Below are positions 1 to 11,974 of a stretch of 64,000 nucleotides of DNA, piece by piece. The DNA is from Gemmatimonadales bacterium (GTDB lineage Bacteria; Gemmatimonadota; Gemmatimonadetes; Gemmatimonadales; GWC2-71-9). Position 1 is the first letter of the stretch. Each line of letters begins with the position of its first letter. The notes under the pieces were generated by a model. It was not told the origin of the DNA. It made no database searches and saw nothing but the letters and a program-made list of their open reading frames with translations. The stretch covers positions 3,643-67,642 of the forward strand of contig JBAIWX010000150.1 in the NCBI GenBank assembly GCA_037916975.1, given 5' to 3'. Position numbers and translations under genes: made by a program.

Positions 1-1
1 G

Positions 2-307
2 GACCTCAAGGAACACGTCGAGAGCCTCCACTTCTACGCCGACGAGCTCACCGACTACGCCACCAACCTCACGAGCCTCCAGCTCGGCATCGCCTCGCAG
101 AAGACCAACCAGGTGATGCGGGTGCTGACCGTCTTCTCCGCCTTCTTCCTGCCGCTCACCTTCATCGTGGGCGTGTACGGGATGAACTTCGAGTTCATGC
201 CGGAGCTGCACACGCGCTGGGGCTATCCCGCGATCCTCGCCGCGATGCTGCTCGTGACGGTGGGGATCGGGCTCTGGTTCCGCCGGCGCGGCTGGCTCCG
301 GCCCTAG
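2..307 (+). CDS. corA: Magnesium/cobalt transporter CorA, C-terminal part (5' end outside window)
   Basis: The frame is open from the window edge to TAG at 305-307. The translation ...QKTNQVMRVLTVFSAFFLPLTFIVGVYGMNFEFMPEL... carries the CorA YGMNF (GMN) signature between two C-terminal TM helices. Confidence 0.85.
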   Translation, partial: DLKEHVESLHFYADELTDYATNLTSLQLGIASQKTNQVMRVLTVFSAFFLPLTFIVGVYGMNFEFMPELHTRWGYPAILAAMLLVTVGIGLWFRRRGWLRP

Positions 308-308
308 C

Positions 309-1715
309 GTGACCCGCCTCCTCCTCGGCGCGCTCCTTGGCGCCGTCGCCGGACTCCTCGCGGCCCGCGCCTGGCGGCGTGCGCCCCGGTTCGAGCGCGG
401 CGCCGACCCCGCGCTCCTTCCGGAGCCGGCGCTGGGATGGCTTCGGCGCGCCCACGGCGCGCTCGGTGCCTTCGCGTCCGATCCGCGCCGCGACGGCTCC
501 GAGGCGGTGCTCGCGCGGGACCTCGACCGCTCGGCCCGGCACCTCGCCGAGCTGCCGGCCATCGAGGACCGCGTGATCCGGGCCCAGCGCGCCGAGCGGG
601 GCGGGGTGGAGCGGCTGGACGCGGGCACGCTCGTGGTCGTCGCGGAGGATGGGCTCGCCGCGGCCGTCCTGCTGCGTCCCGACGCCGACCCGGACCTGGG
701 ACTGCTGGAGCGGGACCTCCGGCAGCTTCTGGAGGGCGTGCGCCGGCGCCCGCGCCTCACGCCGCTGGCGGAGGCGGAGCGGTCGCCGGGGCGGCTCGAG
801 ACCGTGGAGAGCGTCGGCTACCGGCTCGCCATGCACGTCGAGCAGGTGACCCGCGGCGAGGTGATCGTGGCGGCGCGCCTCATGACGGGCGTGACCGTCG
901 TCGGCCTGGGCGGGACCACCGACCCCAGGCTCTCGGGCCTCACGGCGGAACCGGGCACGCCGCTGGCGCTCATGGCGGAGCAGGGCGGCGAACCGCGCGA
1001 ACTCGCGGATCATCCCCTCGGCGAGGTGGCGGGCGACCGGCGCCGGCCGCGCGGTCCCGCGATGCTCTTCGGCATCGAGTCCGAGGGGCAGCCCGTCGGG
1101 GCGGTGGCACTCTGGGCCCCTCCAGGCGGCGAGATACCCGCCTCGGCGCTGGCGCAGGCCGAGGTGGCGATCCACGCCGCCGGGCCCCGGCTCGCGCGCG
1201 CCATCGAAGCCCACCGGCGCAAGGTGGAGGCGACGCTCGACCCGCTCACCGGACTCCTCAACCGCCGCGGCTTCGAGGAAGCGACCCGGCGCGTGGGGCT
1301 CCGGCGCGCCGCCTACATCGCCTGCGACCTCGACCGGTTCAAGCGGCTCAACGACACCTACGGCCATCCGGCCGGCGACGCCGCCCTGGTGCACTTCGCG
1401 CGCGTGCTGCAGGAGCAGGTCCGGAACATCGACCACGCCGCGCGCGTCGGCGGCGAGGAATTCGCCGTGCTCCTGCCCGAGACGGCACTGGAGGAGGCCC
1501 GCGCCGTCGCCGAGCGCATCCGCCTCGCGATCGAGACGGAAAGCTTCCTCTGGGAGGGCCAGCGGATCCCCCTCACGGCGTCCTTCGGTGTCTCCGCCTG
1601 CCCGGAATCCACTCGCCACCTCGAGAACCTCGCGGCCCAGGCCGACGGGGCGCTCTACACCGCCAAGCAGGGCGGCCGGAATCGCGTGGTGCTGGCCGTC
1701 CCCTTGCTCGACTGA
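309..1715 (+). CDS. Diguanylate cyclase (GGDEF domain) with unassigned N-terminal sensor region
   Basis: 468-aa ORF with a GTG start 1 nt after the corA stop. The C-terminal GGDEF domain shows LDPLTGLLNRRGF, DLDRFKRLNDTYGHPAGD, active-site RVGGEEFAVLLPET and ADGALYTAKQGGRNRV. No RxxD I-site is seen 5 residues upstream of GGEEF. Confidence 0.85.
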   Translation: MTRLLLGALLGAVAGLLAARAWRRAPRFERGADPALLPEPALGWLRRAHGALGAFASDPRRDGSEAVLARDLDRSARHLAELPAIEDRVIRAQRAERGGVERLDAGTLVVVAEDGLAAAVLLRPDADPDLGLLERDLRQLLEGVRRRPRLTPLAEAERSPGRLETVESVGYRLAMHVEQVTRGEVIVAARLMTGVTVVGLGGTTDPRLSGLTAEPGTPLALMAEQGGEPRELADHPLGEVAGDRRRPRGPAMLFGIESEGQPVGAVALWAPPGGEIPASALAQAEVAIHAAGPRLARAIEAHRRKVEATLDPLTGLLNRRGFEEATRRVGLRRAAYIACDLDRFKRLNDTYGHPAGDAALVHFARVLQEQVRNIDHAARVGGEEFAVLLPETALEEARAVAERIRLAIETESFLWEGQRIPLTASFGVSACPESTRHLENLAAQADGALYTAKQGGRNRVVLAVPLLD

Positions 1716-1770
1716 GGCGATACCCCCGTCCCATCCCGGGCGCGGCGCGGCCGGAGCGCTCTCGCGCCGT

Positions 1771-1790
1771 ACAGCCTGTCGCGGTATAAT
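1771..1790 (+). promoter_or_regulatory. Candidate -10 box (TATAAT) with adjacent small inverted repeat upstream of the TetR gene
   Basis: A perfect TATAAT lies at 1785-1790, about 44 nt upstream of the GTG at 1834. It is preceded by ACAG-C-CTGT (1771-1779), a possible TetR operator half. No convincing -35 box. Confidence 0.3.
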
Positions 1791-1833
1791 GGAACGCTAA
1801 GTCTCGTAGCAGTGCCGACCTGCCTCGCTGGCG

Positions 1834-2580
1834 GTGGCGATGAGCGTGCCCGGAGAGAGCCTGGAACCGCAGCAGCCCGCCGGAGGGGACGCGCCCCGGC
1901 GGCGCGGTCGGCCGCGCAGCGAAGGGCTCCGGCGCACGATCCTGGAGGCCGCCGCCGAGCTGCTGGACCAGCGCGGAGTGGAGGGCACGACCGTCGAGGC
2001 CGTGGCCGAGCGGGCCGGGGTGGGGAAGCAGACGATCTACCGCCGGTGGCCGACGCGCGCCGCGGTACTGGTCGAGGCGTTCCTCGCGGCACATGGCCCG
2101 GACGTCGTGCGCCCGGATTCCGGGTCGCTCCGGCGGGACCTCCGCGACCTGATCTGCGCGGTCAGCGACTCGGCAGACAACGCCACCCTGCGGCGCACGG
2201 TGGCGGGCCTGGTGGCCGCCGGGAACGCCGACCCGGAGGTCGGCCGACTCTTCCAGGAACGGTTCGTGGCCGCGACCCGCGCCAGCCTCCGCACCGTGCT
2301 GGAGCGCGCGGCGGAGCGCGGCGAGCTCGATGCCGAGACCTCGCTGGAGCTCGTCATCGACCAGCTGCTCGGCCCGGTCTGGTACCGGGCGCTGCTGTGC
2401 GGAGGCCGGCTCGACCACGCCTATGCCGATGCCCTGATCGCGCAGGTGCTGAAGGGCGTCACCCCGAGGGAGCCGAAGGTCGGCGAATCCAGGGCCCGGA
2501 AGTACCGGCCCGGCGAGGCGATCCCGACCGAGGCGACGATCGACCTCTTCGGCGAGCCACCCGGTTCGCCGGGTGCCTGA
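1834..2580 (+). CDS. TetR/AcrR family transcriptional regulator
   Basis: N-terminal TetR HTH: RRTILEAAAELLDQRGVEGTTVEAVAERAGVGKQTIYRRWPTRAAVL. The start is GTG 1834 or ATG 1840. Confidence 0.85.
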   Translation: MAMSVPGESLEPQQPAGGDAPRRRGRPRSEGLRRTILEAAAELLDQRGVEGTTVEAVAERAGVGKQTIYRRWPTRAAVLVEAFLAAHGPDVVRPDSGSLRRDLRDLICAVSDSADNATLRRTVAGLVAAGNADPEVGRLFQERFVAATRASLRTVLERAAERGELDAETSLELVIDQLLGPVWYRALLCGGRLDHAYADALIAQVLKGVTPREPKVGESRARKYRPGEAIPTEATIDLFGEPPGSPGA

Positions 2581-2637
2581 CTGAGCCACCGGGAGTCCCC
2601 GTCGGTGCTTCGGGCTTCTTTCGGCTGCCGGCCATGC

Positions 2638-2643
2638 TATATT
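2638..2643 (+). promoter_or_regulatory. Candidate -10 box (TATATT) for the tmRNA precursor
   Basis: TATATT lies 17 nt upstream of the mature tmRNA 5' end. The -35 region is weak (TTCTTT/CTTCTT). Confidence 0.3.
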
Positions 2644-2659
2644 TGGAAACGTCTTCAAC

Positions 2660-3019
2660 GGGGGCGACTGGCTTCGACGGGTTGGTAGAAGGGATGGCAG
2701 CGTGCCCAGGTCCAGGTTCCTGGCTAAACCGCTTGGAAACACACAAACGCCAACACTGATCTGGCGCTGGCTGCGTAAGCTGAGCTGAGCTCGCTTCACG
2801 CACCTCCGCCGACGTAGCCCGCCCGGGGCGCCGTCGTCGGATCGCAAAGCTGGGCTGGCCTCGGGCGGCGCTCCGCCGTCAGGGGTGAGACTTCAGGAGC
2901 TAGATCCCGGGAAGGTCGGTGAGCCACCGGCTCGGGGCGACGGCACGAAGGCCCACCTACGCACGTAGACGCTGTCGCGGACGCCAATTCGGACCAGGGT
3001 TCGATTCCCTGCGCCTCCA
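2660..3019 (+). ncRNA. ssrA: tmRNA (SsrA), about 360 nt, tag reading frame ANTDLALAA-stop
   Basis: The 5' end GGGGGCGACTGGCTTCGACGGG is the canonical tmRNA start. The 3' end GGTTCGATTCCCTGCGCCTCCA is a T-arm plus acceptor strand. A 7-bp acceptor stem GGGGGCG/CGCCTCC includes the G3:U pair used by AlaRS, with discriminator A at 3019; CCA is not encoded. An internal frame at 2749-2778 (GCC AAC ACT GAT CTG GCG CTG GCT GCG TAA) gives a typical ...LAA degradation tag. Confidence 0.92.
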
Positions 3020-3026
3020 CTCGCCG

Positions 3027-3069
3027 AGCGGCCGGCGGTCCTTCAGGACCGTCGGTCGCTTGGCTTTCG
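3027..3069 (+). terminator. Hairpin terminator after tmRNA
   Basis: AGCGGCCGGCGGTCC-TTCA-GGACCGTCGGTCGCT forms a 15-bp stem with two G:U pairs, followed by TGGCTTTCG. Confidence 0.5.
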
Positions 3070-3357
3070 TGGACCGTCCCGTCGAATCGGGGCCATCGCG
3101 GACGGGTTTTCCACGCACCTCAAGTGGTTTCTGCGGGCATTCTCAGTGATGGGATTCGCGTCGGTTGGCGTGAGCGCCGGAGGGTTCGGCGTTCTCATCT
3201 TGTGTGCAAGTGTATTTCTTGAATGATTTTGCGTTGGCTCATATCAAGTAGTTTGTCGATCCGTGGTCCCTGCCGTCCGCTCCACCGGCGAGCGCCGTGG
3301 CGCTCTCCCCATTCATCACACTATTCTCCTCCATCGCCCCCGCCCAGGAGCCATTCC

Positions 3358-4596
3358 ATGACCGCCCCACGCGAGCGCCCGGCCTCGCTGGACGAGATTC
3401 GCGCCCAATTCCCGGCGCTCGAACGGAAGATTACGGATACGGCGGTTTCGTATTTCGATGGCCCCGGCGGGACGCAGGTGCCGCGCTCGGTCATCGTCGC
3501 CATGGCGGACTACCTGGCGCACCACAACGCGAACACCCACTGGGCCTTCCCCACCAGCGTCGAGACCGACGCCGTCATCGCCGACGCGCGGGCGGCCTTC
3601 GCCGACTTCCTCAACGGGCGCCCGGACGAGGTCTCCTTCGGGGCCAACATGACCACGATCGCCTTCCACCTCTCCCGGGCGCTCGGCCGGGCCTGGGGGC
3701 CGGGCGACGAGGTGGTCGTGACCGAGCTGGACCACCACGCGAACGTCGCCCCGTGGGTCCACATGGCTCGGGACCGGGGGATGACGGTCCGGACGGTCCC
3801 GCTCGATCCGGAACGGGGGGAGCTCGACTGGGGCGCCCTGGAGCGGGCGATCGGCCCCCGGACCAGGCTCCTCGCGATCGGGGCTGCCTCCAATGCGCTG
3901 GGCACGGTCACCGACGTCGCCCGGGCGGCAGCCATGGCCCGGGCCGCGGGGGCGCTCGTCTTCGTGGACGCGGTCCACTACGCGCCCCACCGGCTGGTGG
4001 ACGTTCAGGCGCTTGGCTGTGACTTCCTGGCCTGCTCGGCTTACAAGTTCTACGGCCCGCACGTCGGGGTGCTCTGGGGACGCCGGGAGCTCATCGTGGG
4101 GCTCGACGTCCCGAAGCTCGCCCCCGCTCCGGAGTCCGCCCCGGAGCGGCTCGAGACGGGCACCCAGAACCACGAGGGGATCGCCGGCGCGAAGGCGGCG
4201 GTGGAGTTCCTGGCCTCGCTCGGGGCCGGGGCCACTCGCCGGGCGCGGCTCGCGTCGGCGTACGAGGCGGCGCACGAGCGGGAGGCGCCGCTGGTCGCGC
4301 GGCTGTGGGAGGGGCTGGGCCGGGTTCCCGGGGTCACCCGGTACGGGCCCCCGCCCGGGCGGCCCCGGACCTCGACGGTCTCCTTCACGATGGCGGGCCT
4401 CCCTGCCGGCACCGTGGCGGCGTCGCTCGCGTCGCAGGGGCTCTTCGTCTCGCACGGCGACTTCTACGCGACCACCGTGGTGGCCCGGTACGGGCAGTCG
4501 GCGGAGGGGCTGGTGCGGCTCGGCCTGGCGGTCTATTCGAGCCCGGAGGACGTGGAGCGGGTGCTCGCGGCGGTGGACGCGCTGGCGCGGGATTGA
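3358..4596 (+). CDS. Aminotransferase class V / cysteine desulfurase-like protein
   Basis: The ATG at 3358 is preceded by AGGAG 7 nt upstream. MTAPRERPASLDEIRAQFPALE..., YFDGPGGTQVPRSV..., HHANVAPW and CSAYKFYGPHVG (PLP-Lys context) resemble the cysteine-desulfurase-like VC1184-type subfamily. The upstream 45 codons of the track ORF lie in an AT-rich promoter region and are not counted. Confidence 0.8.
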   Translation: MTAPRERPASLDEIRAQFPALERKITDTAVSYFDGPGGTQVPRSVIVAMADYLAHHNANTHWAFPTSVETDAVIADARAAFADFLNGRPDEVSFGANMTTIAFHLSRALGRAWGPGDEVVVTELDHHANVAPWVHMARDRGMTVRTVPLDPERGELDWGALERAIGPRTRLLAIGAASNALGTVTDVARAAAMARAAGALVFVDAVHYAPHRLVDVQALGCDFLACSAYKFYGPHVGVLWGRRELIVGLDVPKLAPAPESAPERLETGTQNHEGIAGAKAAVEFLASLGAGATRRARLASAYEAAHEREAPLVARLWEGLGRVPGVTRYGPPPGRPRTSTVSFTMAGLPAGTVAASLASQGLFVSHGDFYATTVVARYGQSAEGLVRLGLAVYSSPEDVERVLAAVDALARD

Positions 4597-4619
4597 CCGG
4601 GACCGGCGACACGAACGAC

Positions 4620-4647
4620 GAAGGGCACGCCCGCGGGCGTGCCCTTC
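4620..4647. terminator. Bidirectional GC hairpin between convergent genes
   Basis: GAAGGGCACGCC-CGCG-GGCGTGCCCTTC is a perfect 12-bp stem. It lies between the aminotransferase stop (4596) and the DUF2911 stop (4673). Confidence 0.6.
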
Positions 4648-4672
4648 GCGCATCCGGGGAGTGCGCCGGCGC

Positions 4673-5245
4673 TCAGTGCGCCATGAGCGGGATGCTCACC
4701 TTCGTGTTCTCCCAGCTGAGGACGAGCGCCTTGGCGGCCTTCGCATCATCCGGGGCGATGGTGAAGCGCTCCACGAGGGTCCCGGCGGCCTCCGGCTTCG
4801 CCTTCCCCCGGCCGACCTCCTGCTTCTGGACCTCGGGGGTGTACTGGCTCTCGTGCCCCCACTGCGTGATCGACCGGTTCACGATCACCTCCCAGTCCTT
4901 CTCCCCCGGCACCGTATAGAGCGAGTAGCTGCCGGGGCCGACCATCACGCCGGCGATCATGATCATGCCGGTGGTGTGGATCATCGTCGGCTCGTTGGCG
5001 CCGGTGCGCCAGAGCTTGCCGAAGGGCACGACCTCGCCACCGAAGATCTTCCTTCCGCGCACCGCGGGGCGGCCGTAGCAGACCTTCACCTCGGCCGTGC
5101 CAACCGTGAACACGGTCGAGTCGAGGGGGCTCACGCGGCGGTTCAGGGGGAGCTTGTCGGTCATCATCGTGATGCAGGCCGGGGGCGCGGCGGCGGGCGC
5201 GGGGGCGCCGGCGAGTGCCGCGAGGAGGGCGAGGGTCGTGACCAT
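4673..5245 (-). CDS. Secreted DUF2911-like protein
   Basis: Signal peptide MVTTLALLAALAGAPAPAAA. The core YGRPAVRGRKIFGGEVVPFGKLWRTGANEPT matches my recollection of the DUF2911 family. Confidence 0.7.
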   Translation of the reverse strand: MVTTLALLAALAGAPAPAAAPPACITMMTDKLPLNRRVSPLDSTVFTVGTAEVKVCYGRPAVRGRKIFGGEVVPFGKLWRTGANEPTMIHTTGMIMIAGVMVGPGSYSLYTVPGEKDWEVIVNRSITQWGHESQYTPEVQKQEVGRGKAKPEAAGTLVERFTIAPDDAKAAKALVLSWENTKVSIPLMAH

Positions 5246-5269
5246 CGGTGGTGCTCCGTGCTGTGGGGG

Positions 5270-6400
5270 TCAGTCGTGGTGCAGCGCGGCGTGCGCCCGG
5301 TGGGCGAGCGCGAGCGCCGCATCCGCGGTGTCGGCGAGGCAGGTCAGGTGCCCCATCTTCCGGCCCGGGCGGGCGTCGGCCTTGCCGTACAGGTGGAGCC
5401 GCACGCCGGGGAGCGCGAGGGCGCGTTCCCAGCGGGGCTCGCCGCCCTGCCAGACGTCGCCGAGGACGTTCACCATGCAGCAGGGCGAGAGGAGGCGCGG
5501 CGCGCCGAGGGTGAGGCCGCAGAGCGTGCGCACCTGCTGCTCGAACTGGTCGGTGCCGCAGGCGTCGAGGGTCCAGTGGCCGCTGTTGTGCGGCCGGGGC
5601 GCAAGCTCGTTCACGAAGAGCCGGCCGCCCTCGGCGACGAACATCTCCACGGCCAGCACGCCCACGTAGTCGAGGGCCTGGGCGACGTTCGCCGCCATCT
5701 CCTGCGCCTCGCGGGCCAGCGCGTCGGGGATCCGCGCCGGGACCGTCGAGGTGTGCAGGATGCCGTTGCGGTGCTCGTTCTCCGCCACCGGGAAGGGTGC
5801 GATGGCGCCGTCCGCGCCGCGCGCCAGGACGACGGACGCCTCGCGCTCGAGGTGGAGCTTCCGCTCGAGGACGCAGGGCACCCGGCCGAGCGCCTCGAAG
5901 GCGGCCTCGGCGTCGGCGCGGCTCGCCACGACCGCCTGCCCCTTGCCGTCGTACCCGAGGCGGCTCGTCTTGAGGATGGCCGGGAAGCCGACCGCATCGG
6001 GTGCCAGCGCGAGGTCGCTCGGCGCGCGCACGGCGATGAAGGGCGCGGTGGCGAAGCCCGCCTCCCGCAGGAAGCGCTTCTCGGCGATCCGGTCCTGCGT
6101 CACGGCGACGGCGCGCGCCGAGGGGCGCACGGGCCGCCGGCCGGCCAGGCGTTCCAGCGACGGGGCGGGGACGTTCTCGAACTCGGTCGTGATCGCGGCA
6201 CAGCGCTCGGCGAGCTGGTCGAGCGCCACGGGGTCGTCGTACGGTGCGACGATCTGGGCGTCGGCGACCTGGCCGGCAGGGCTCCGCGGGTCCGGCTCGA
6301 GGACGACCACCTTGTACCCCATGACGCGCGCGCGCAGCGCGAACATGCGGCCGAGCTGGCCGCCCCCCATCACGCCCAGGGTGGCGCCGGGGCGGATCAC
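5270..6400 (-). CDS. purK: N5-carboxyaminoimidazole ribonucleotide synthase
   Basis: ATP-grasp protein with [12 protein letters not shown] and [14 protein letters not shown]. The GTG start overlaps the purE stop (GTGA at 6397-6400). Confidence 0.9.
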   Translation of the reverse strand: MIRPGATLGVMGGGQLGRMFALRARVMGYKVVVLEPDPRSPAGQVADAQIVAPYDDPVALDQLAERCAAITTEFENVPAPSLERLAGRRPVRPSARAVAVTQDRIAEKRFLREAGFATAPFIAVRAPSDLALAPDAVGFPAILKTSRLGYDGKGQAVVASRADAEAAFEALGRVPCVLERKLHLEREASVVLARGADGAIAPFPVAENEHRNGILHTSTVPARIPDALAREAQEMAANVAQALDYVGVLAVEMFVAEGGRLFVNELAPRPHNSGHWTLDACGTDQFEQQVRTLCGLTLGAPRLLSPCCMVNVLGDVWQGGEPRWERALALPGVRLHLYGKADARPGRKMGHLTCLADTADAALALAHRAHAALHHD

Positions 6401-6891
6401 GCGAGGGGCGGGAGCGAGAGGCCGAGCACGCGCTCCGTCTGCGCGGCGCGGAACGCGGCGAGCTTCGTGGCGAGGGCCGGGTCGTGGGCGGCGAGGAGGG
6501 CCACGGCGAAGAGCCCGGCGTTGGCCGCGCCGGCCTCGCCGATGGCGAAGGTCGCGACCGGCACGCCGGCGGGCATCTGGACGATGGAGAGGAGCGAGTC
6601 GAGCCCCTTGAGCTGCCGGCTCGCGACGGGCACGCCGAGGACGGGGAGGGTGGTCTTCGCGGCGAGCATGCCGGGCAGGTGGGCGGCGCCGCCGGCGCCG
6701 GCGATGATCACCTTGAGCCCGCGGCCGGCCGCCTCCTCGGCGTAGCGGAAGAGCAGGTCCGGGGTCCGGTGCGCGGACACCACCCGAGCCTCGTACGGCA
6801 CGCCGAAGTCCGCGAGGCGGCGAGCGGCGGCCTGCATCGTCTCCCAGTCCGAGTCGCTTCCCATCACGACGCCGACGAGCGCCTGGCTCAT
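6397..6891 (-). CDS. purE: N5-carboxyaminoimidazole ribonucleotide mutase
   Basis: [27 protein letters not shown] and [14 protein letters not shown]. The ATG at 6891 is preceded by GGGGAGA. The longer track ORF (to 6930) is not needed. Confidence 0.9.
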   Translation of the reverse strand: MSQALVGVVMGSDSDWETMQAAARRLADFGVPYEARVVSAHRTPDLLFRYAEEAAGRGLKVIIAGAGGAAHLPGMLAAKTTLPVLGVPVASRQLKGLDSLLSIVQMPAGVPVATFAIGEAGAANAGLFAVALLAAHDPALATKLAAFRAAQTERVLGLSLPPLA

Positions 6892-6959
6892 GGTCTCCCC
6901 TGCGGCCGCGGTTAAGTTAGCAGGCGGCATGAATTAAGGCCCCGGGAGGACGTCACGCA

Positions 6960-7838
6960 ATGCCGATCACCGTGCGATGCCTGTGCGGCCACGCCCACGA
7001 CGTGCCGGACGACGAGGCGGGCGCGACCGTCACCTGCCCGCGCTGCCGGGCACCGGTCCGGGTTCCGGGCGTGCCCGGGCAGGACCAGGAGCCCGTGCTC
7101 GCCCACGATGTGTTCCTGCTGGCGCAGCGGCACCTCGCGATCGATGCCAAGTACGTCGTCGCGTCGCCCGACGGGGAGCCGCTCCTCTTCGTGCGCCGGC
7201 CGGCGCACTTGGGCCGCAACGTGCCGGCGACGCTGGCCGGGGTCCTCGCCGGGTTCGTGACCTTCGGCTTCATCCGCGGGGTCGGGAACAGCCTGGGGGG
7301 GCCGGCGGTGGAGGCGGCGTTCGCGCTGGTGGGGCTCCTCGCGGGCGCGGTGCTGGGTGTCGCGGTGTACGCGCAGCTCTGTGCCAAGCGGCACGTCACC
7401 GCCTTCCGGCGGGACGAGCGGGGGCCCAAGGTGTTCGAGGTGCTGCAGCTCGAGCGGGTGGCCTTCCTGCAGTCCAACTTCACGGTCACGAGCGCCACGG
7501 GTCGGCTGCTCGCGACGCTGCGGGTGAATCACCTCACGCGGCTCTTCCGCACCGAGTGGAACGCCTACGGCCCGGACGGGAAGCCGATCGCGCGGGCGAT
7601 CGAGGACGCGCTCTGGCGCGCGCTGCTCCGCCGGCTGGTCGGCCCGCTCCTCGGGGCGCTGCGCACGAACTACCTCATCGAGGACCCGCGCTCCGGGACC
7701 CCGATCGGCACCTTCGAGCGCCGGCTCACGATCCTCGACCGCTACGTGCTCGACATGCGGGGGGATCCCGAGCGGAAGCTCGACCGGCGGGTGGCGGTGG
7801 CGCTCGGGGTGATGCTGGACACGGGGGAGCGGCGCTGA
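6960..7838 (+). CDS. Hypothetical membrane protein: N-terminal zinc ribbon plus TM hairpin plus scramblase/LURP-one-like (tubby-like) region
   Basis: CLCGH...CPRC gives four Zn-ligand positions in the first 30 aa. Two hydrophobic helices follow (LAGVLAGFVTFGFI, AFALVGLLAGAVLGVAVYA). The flanking segments (FLLAQRHLAIDAKYVVASPDGEPLLFVRRP and NFTVTSATGRLLATLRVN...YLIEDPRSGTPIGTFERRLTILDRYVLDM) resemble the LOR/scramblase beta-barrel pattern. Confidence 0.6.
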   Translation: MPITVRCLCGHAHDVPDDEAGATVTCPRCRAPVRVPGVPGQDQEPVLAHDVFLLAQRHLAIDAKYVVASPDGEPLLFVRRPAHLGRNVPATLAGVLAGFVTFGFIRGVGNSLGGPAVEAAFALVGLLAGAVLGVAVYAQLCAKRHVTAFRRDERGPKVFEVLQLERVAFLQSNFTVTSATGRLLATLRVNHLTRLFRTEWNAYGPDGKPIARAIEDALWRALLRRLVGPLLGALRTNYLIEDPRSGTPIGTFERRLTILDRYVLDMRGDPERKLDRRVAVALGVMLDTGERR

Positions 7839-7869
7839 GGGTGGCGGCGACTTCCCGGACGAACCGACG

Positions 7870-7895
7870 GCGGGCGCCCCTCTCGGGGCGCCCGC
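7870..7895. terminator. Bidirectional GC hairpin between convergent genes
   Basis: GCGGGCGCCCC-TCTC-GGGGCGCCCGC is a perfect 11-bp stem between the stops at 7838 (+) and 7917 (-). Confidence 0.55.
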
Positions 7896-7916
7896 GGCGC
7901 TTCAGGAACCTGCGTG

Positions 7917-10576
<2,660 letters not shown>

Positions 10577-10580
<4 letters not shown>

Positions 10581-11971
10581 GCGGGGGTCGCCACCAAGGG
10601 GGTCGCGTGCCGGAGCTGGACGAGCTCGTCGGGCACGGGGGTCGGGTACTGGTTCGAGAAGCAGGCGTGACAGAACTGCAGGTGCGCGCCGGCGGCGCGC
10701 AGCATCCCCTCGAGCGAGAGGTAGCCGAGGGTGTCCACGCCGAGGTACTGGCGGATCTCCTCGTGCGAGTGCGTGGAGGCGATGAGCTCCTCGCGCGTCG
10801 GGGTGTCGATGCCGTAGTGGCACGGCCCCGTGATCGGGGGCGAGCCCAGGCGGAGGTGCACCTCGCGGGCACCGGCGGCACGGACCATCTGGACGAGGCC
10901 CTTGCTCGTCGTCCCGCGCACGAGGGAGTCGTCCACCATCACCACCGACTTCCCGGCGATCACCTCGCGCACCGGGTTGAACTTGATCTTGACCTTGGCC
11001 ACGCGGAGCGCCTGCGTCGGGTTGATGAACGTGCGGCCGACGTAGTGGTTCCGGATGAGGCCGTACTCGAGCTTGGAGCCCGAGACCTCGCTGAAGCCGA
11101 GGGCCATGGCGTTCGAGCTGTCGGGCACCGAGAAGACGACCTGCGCCCCCGGGGCGGGGTGCTCGCGCGCCAGCTGGCGGCCGAGCTCGCGGCGGACGCG
11201 GTCCACCGACTGGCCGAAGAGCGTGCTGTCGGGGCGGCCGAAGTACACGAGCTCGAAGACGCACCGGCTCACCGGCTTGGGCGGGAGCGGGGCGAGGTGC
11301 TCGACCCGGCCGTCCACGATGCGGACGAAGTCGCCGGGCTCGAACTCGCAGACGAAGCTCGCGCCCACGAGGTCGAGGGCGCAGCTCTCGGAGGCGACGA
11401 TGGCCCCCTCGCCCACGCGCCCGAGGACGAGCGGGCGGAAGCCGCGCGGGTCCACGACGGCGTAGAGCTCGCGGCCGACCCCGATGACGAGGCTGAACGC
11501 CCCTTCGGCCCGGGTGAGGGCGTCGCGGATCATGCCCTCGACCGTGGGCGCGTGGGAGCGGGCGATGAGGTGCACGAGCACCTCGGTGTCCGACGAGGAG
11601 GTGAAGATCGCGCCGTCGGCGACGAGCTGGGCCTTGAGCTCGGCGAAGTTGGTCAGGTTGCCGTTGTGCGCGATGGCGAGCGGGCCGACGCGCGTGTTCG
11701 CGAAGCAGGGCTGCGCGTTCGCCAGCACGGTGCTGCCGGCGGTGGAGTAGCGCGTGTGGCCGACGGCGATGTCGCCGGGCAGGTGCGACACGGCCGGCTC
11801 GTCGAACGTCTCGGAGACGAGGCCCATGCCGCGGTGGACCCGGGCCTGGCCGTCGCGGTCCACCGCCACGATGCCCGCGCTCTCCTGCCCGCGGTGCTGG
11901 AGCGCGTAGAGCCCGAGGTACGCGAGGCGCGCCGCCTCGGGCAGGTTCGAGATGCCGATGACGCCGCACAT
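10577..11971 (-). CDS. purF: Amidophosphoribosyltransferase
   Basis: MCGVIGI has the N-terminal Cys nucleophile. The PRTase loop is VVMVDDSLVRGTT. C-terminal Cys residues are consistent with an Fe-S cluster. Confidence 0.92.
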
Positions 11972-11974
11972 CGC

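Noticed and set aside
2796-3149. ORFs 2796-3020 (-) and 2919-3149 (+) overlapping the tmRNA.
   Set aside because: They are translations of the structured RNA gene and its terminator; MEAQGIEPWSE... is the classic T-arm antisense artefact.
2660-4600. Possible genomic island or prophage integrated at ssrA.
   Set aside because: No integrase, no phage or transposon gene and no visible repeat of the ssrA 3' end occur downstream. The next gene is an ordinary high-GC aminotransferase.
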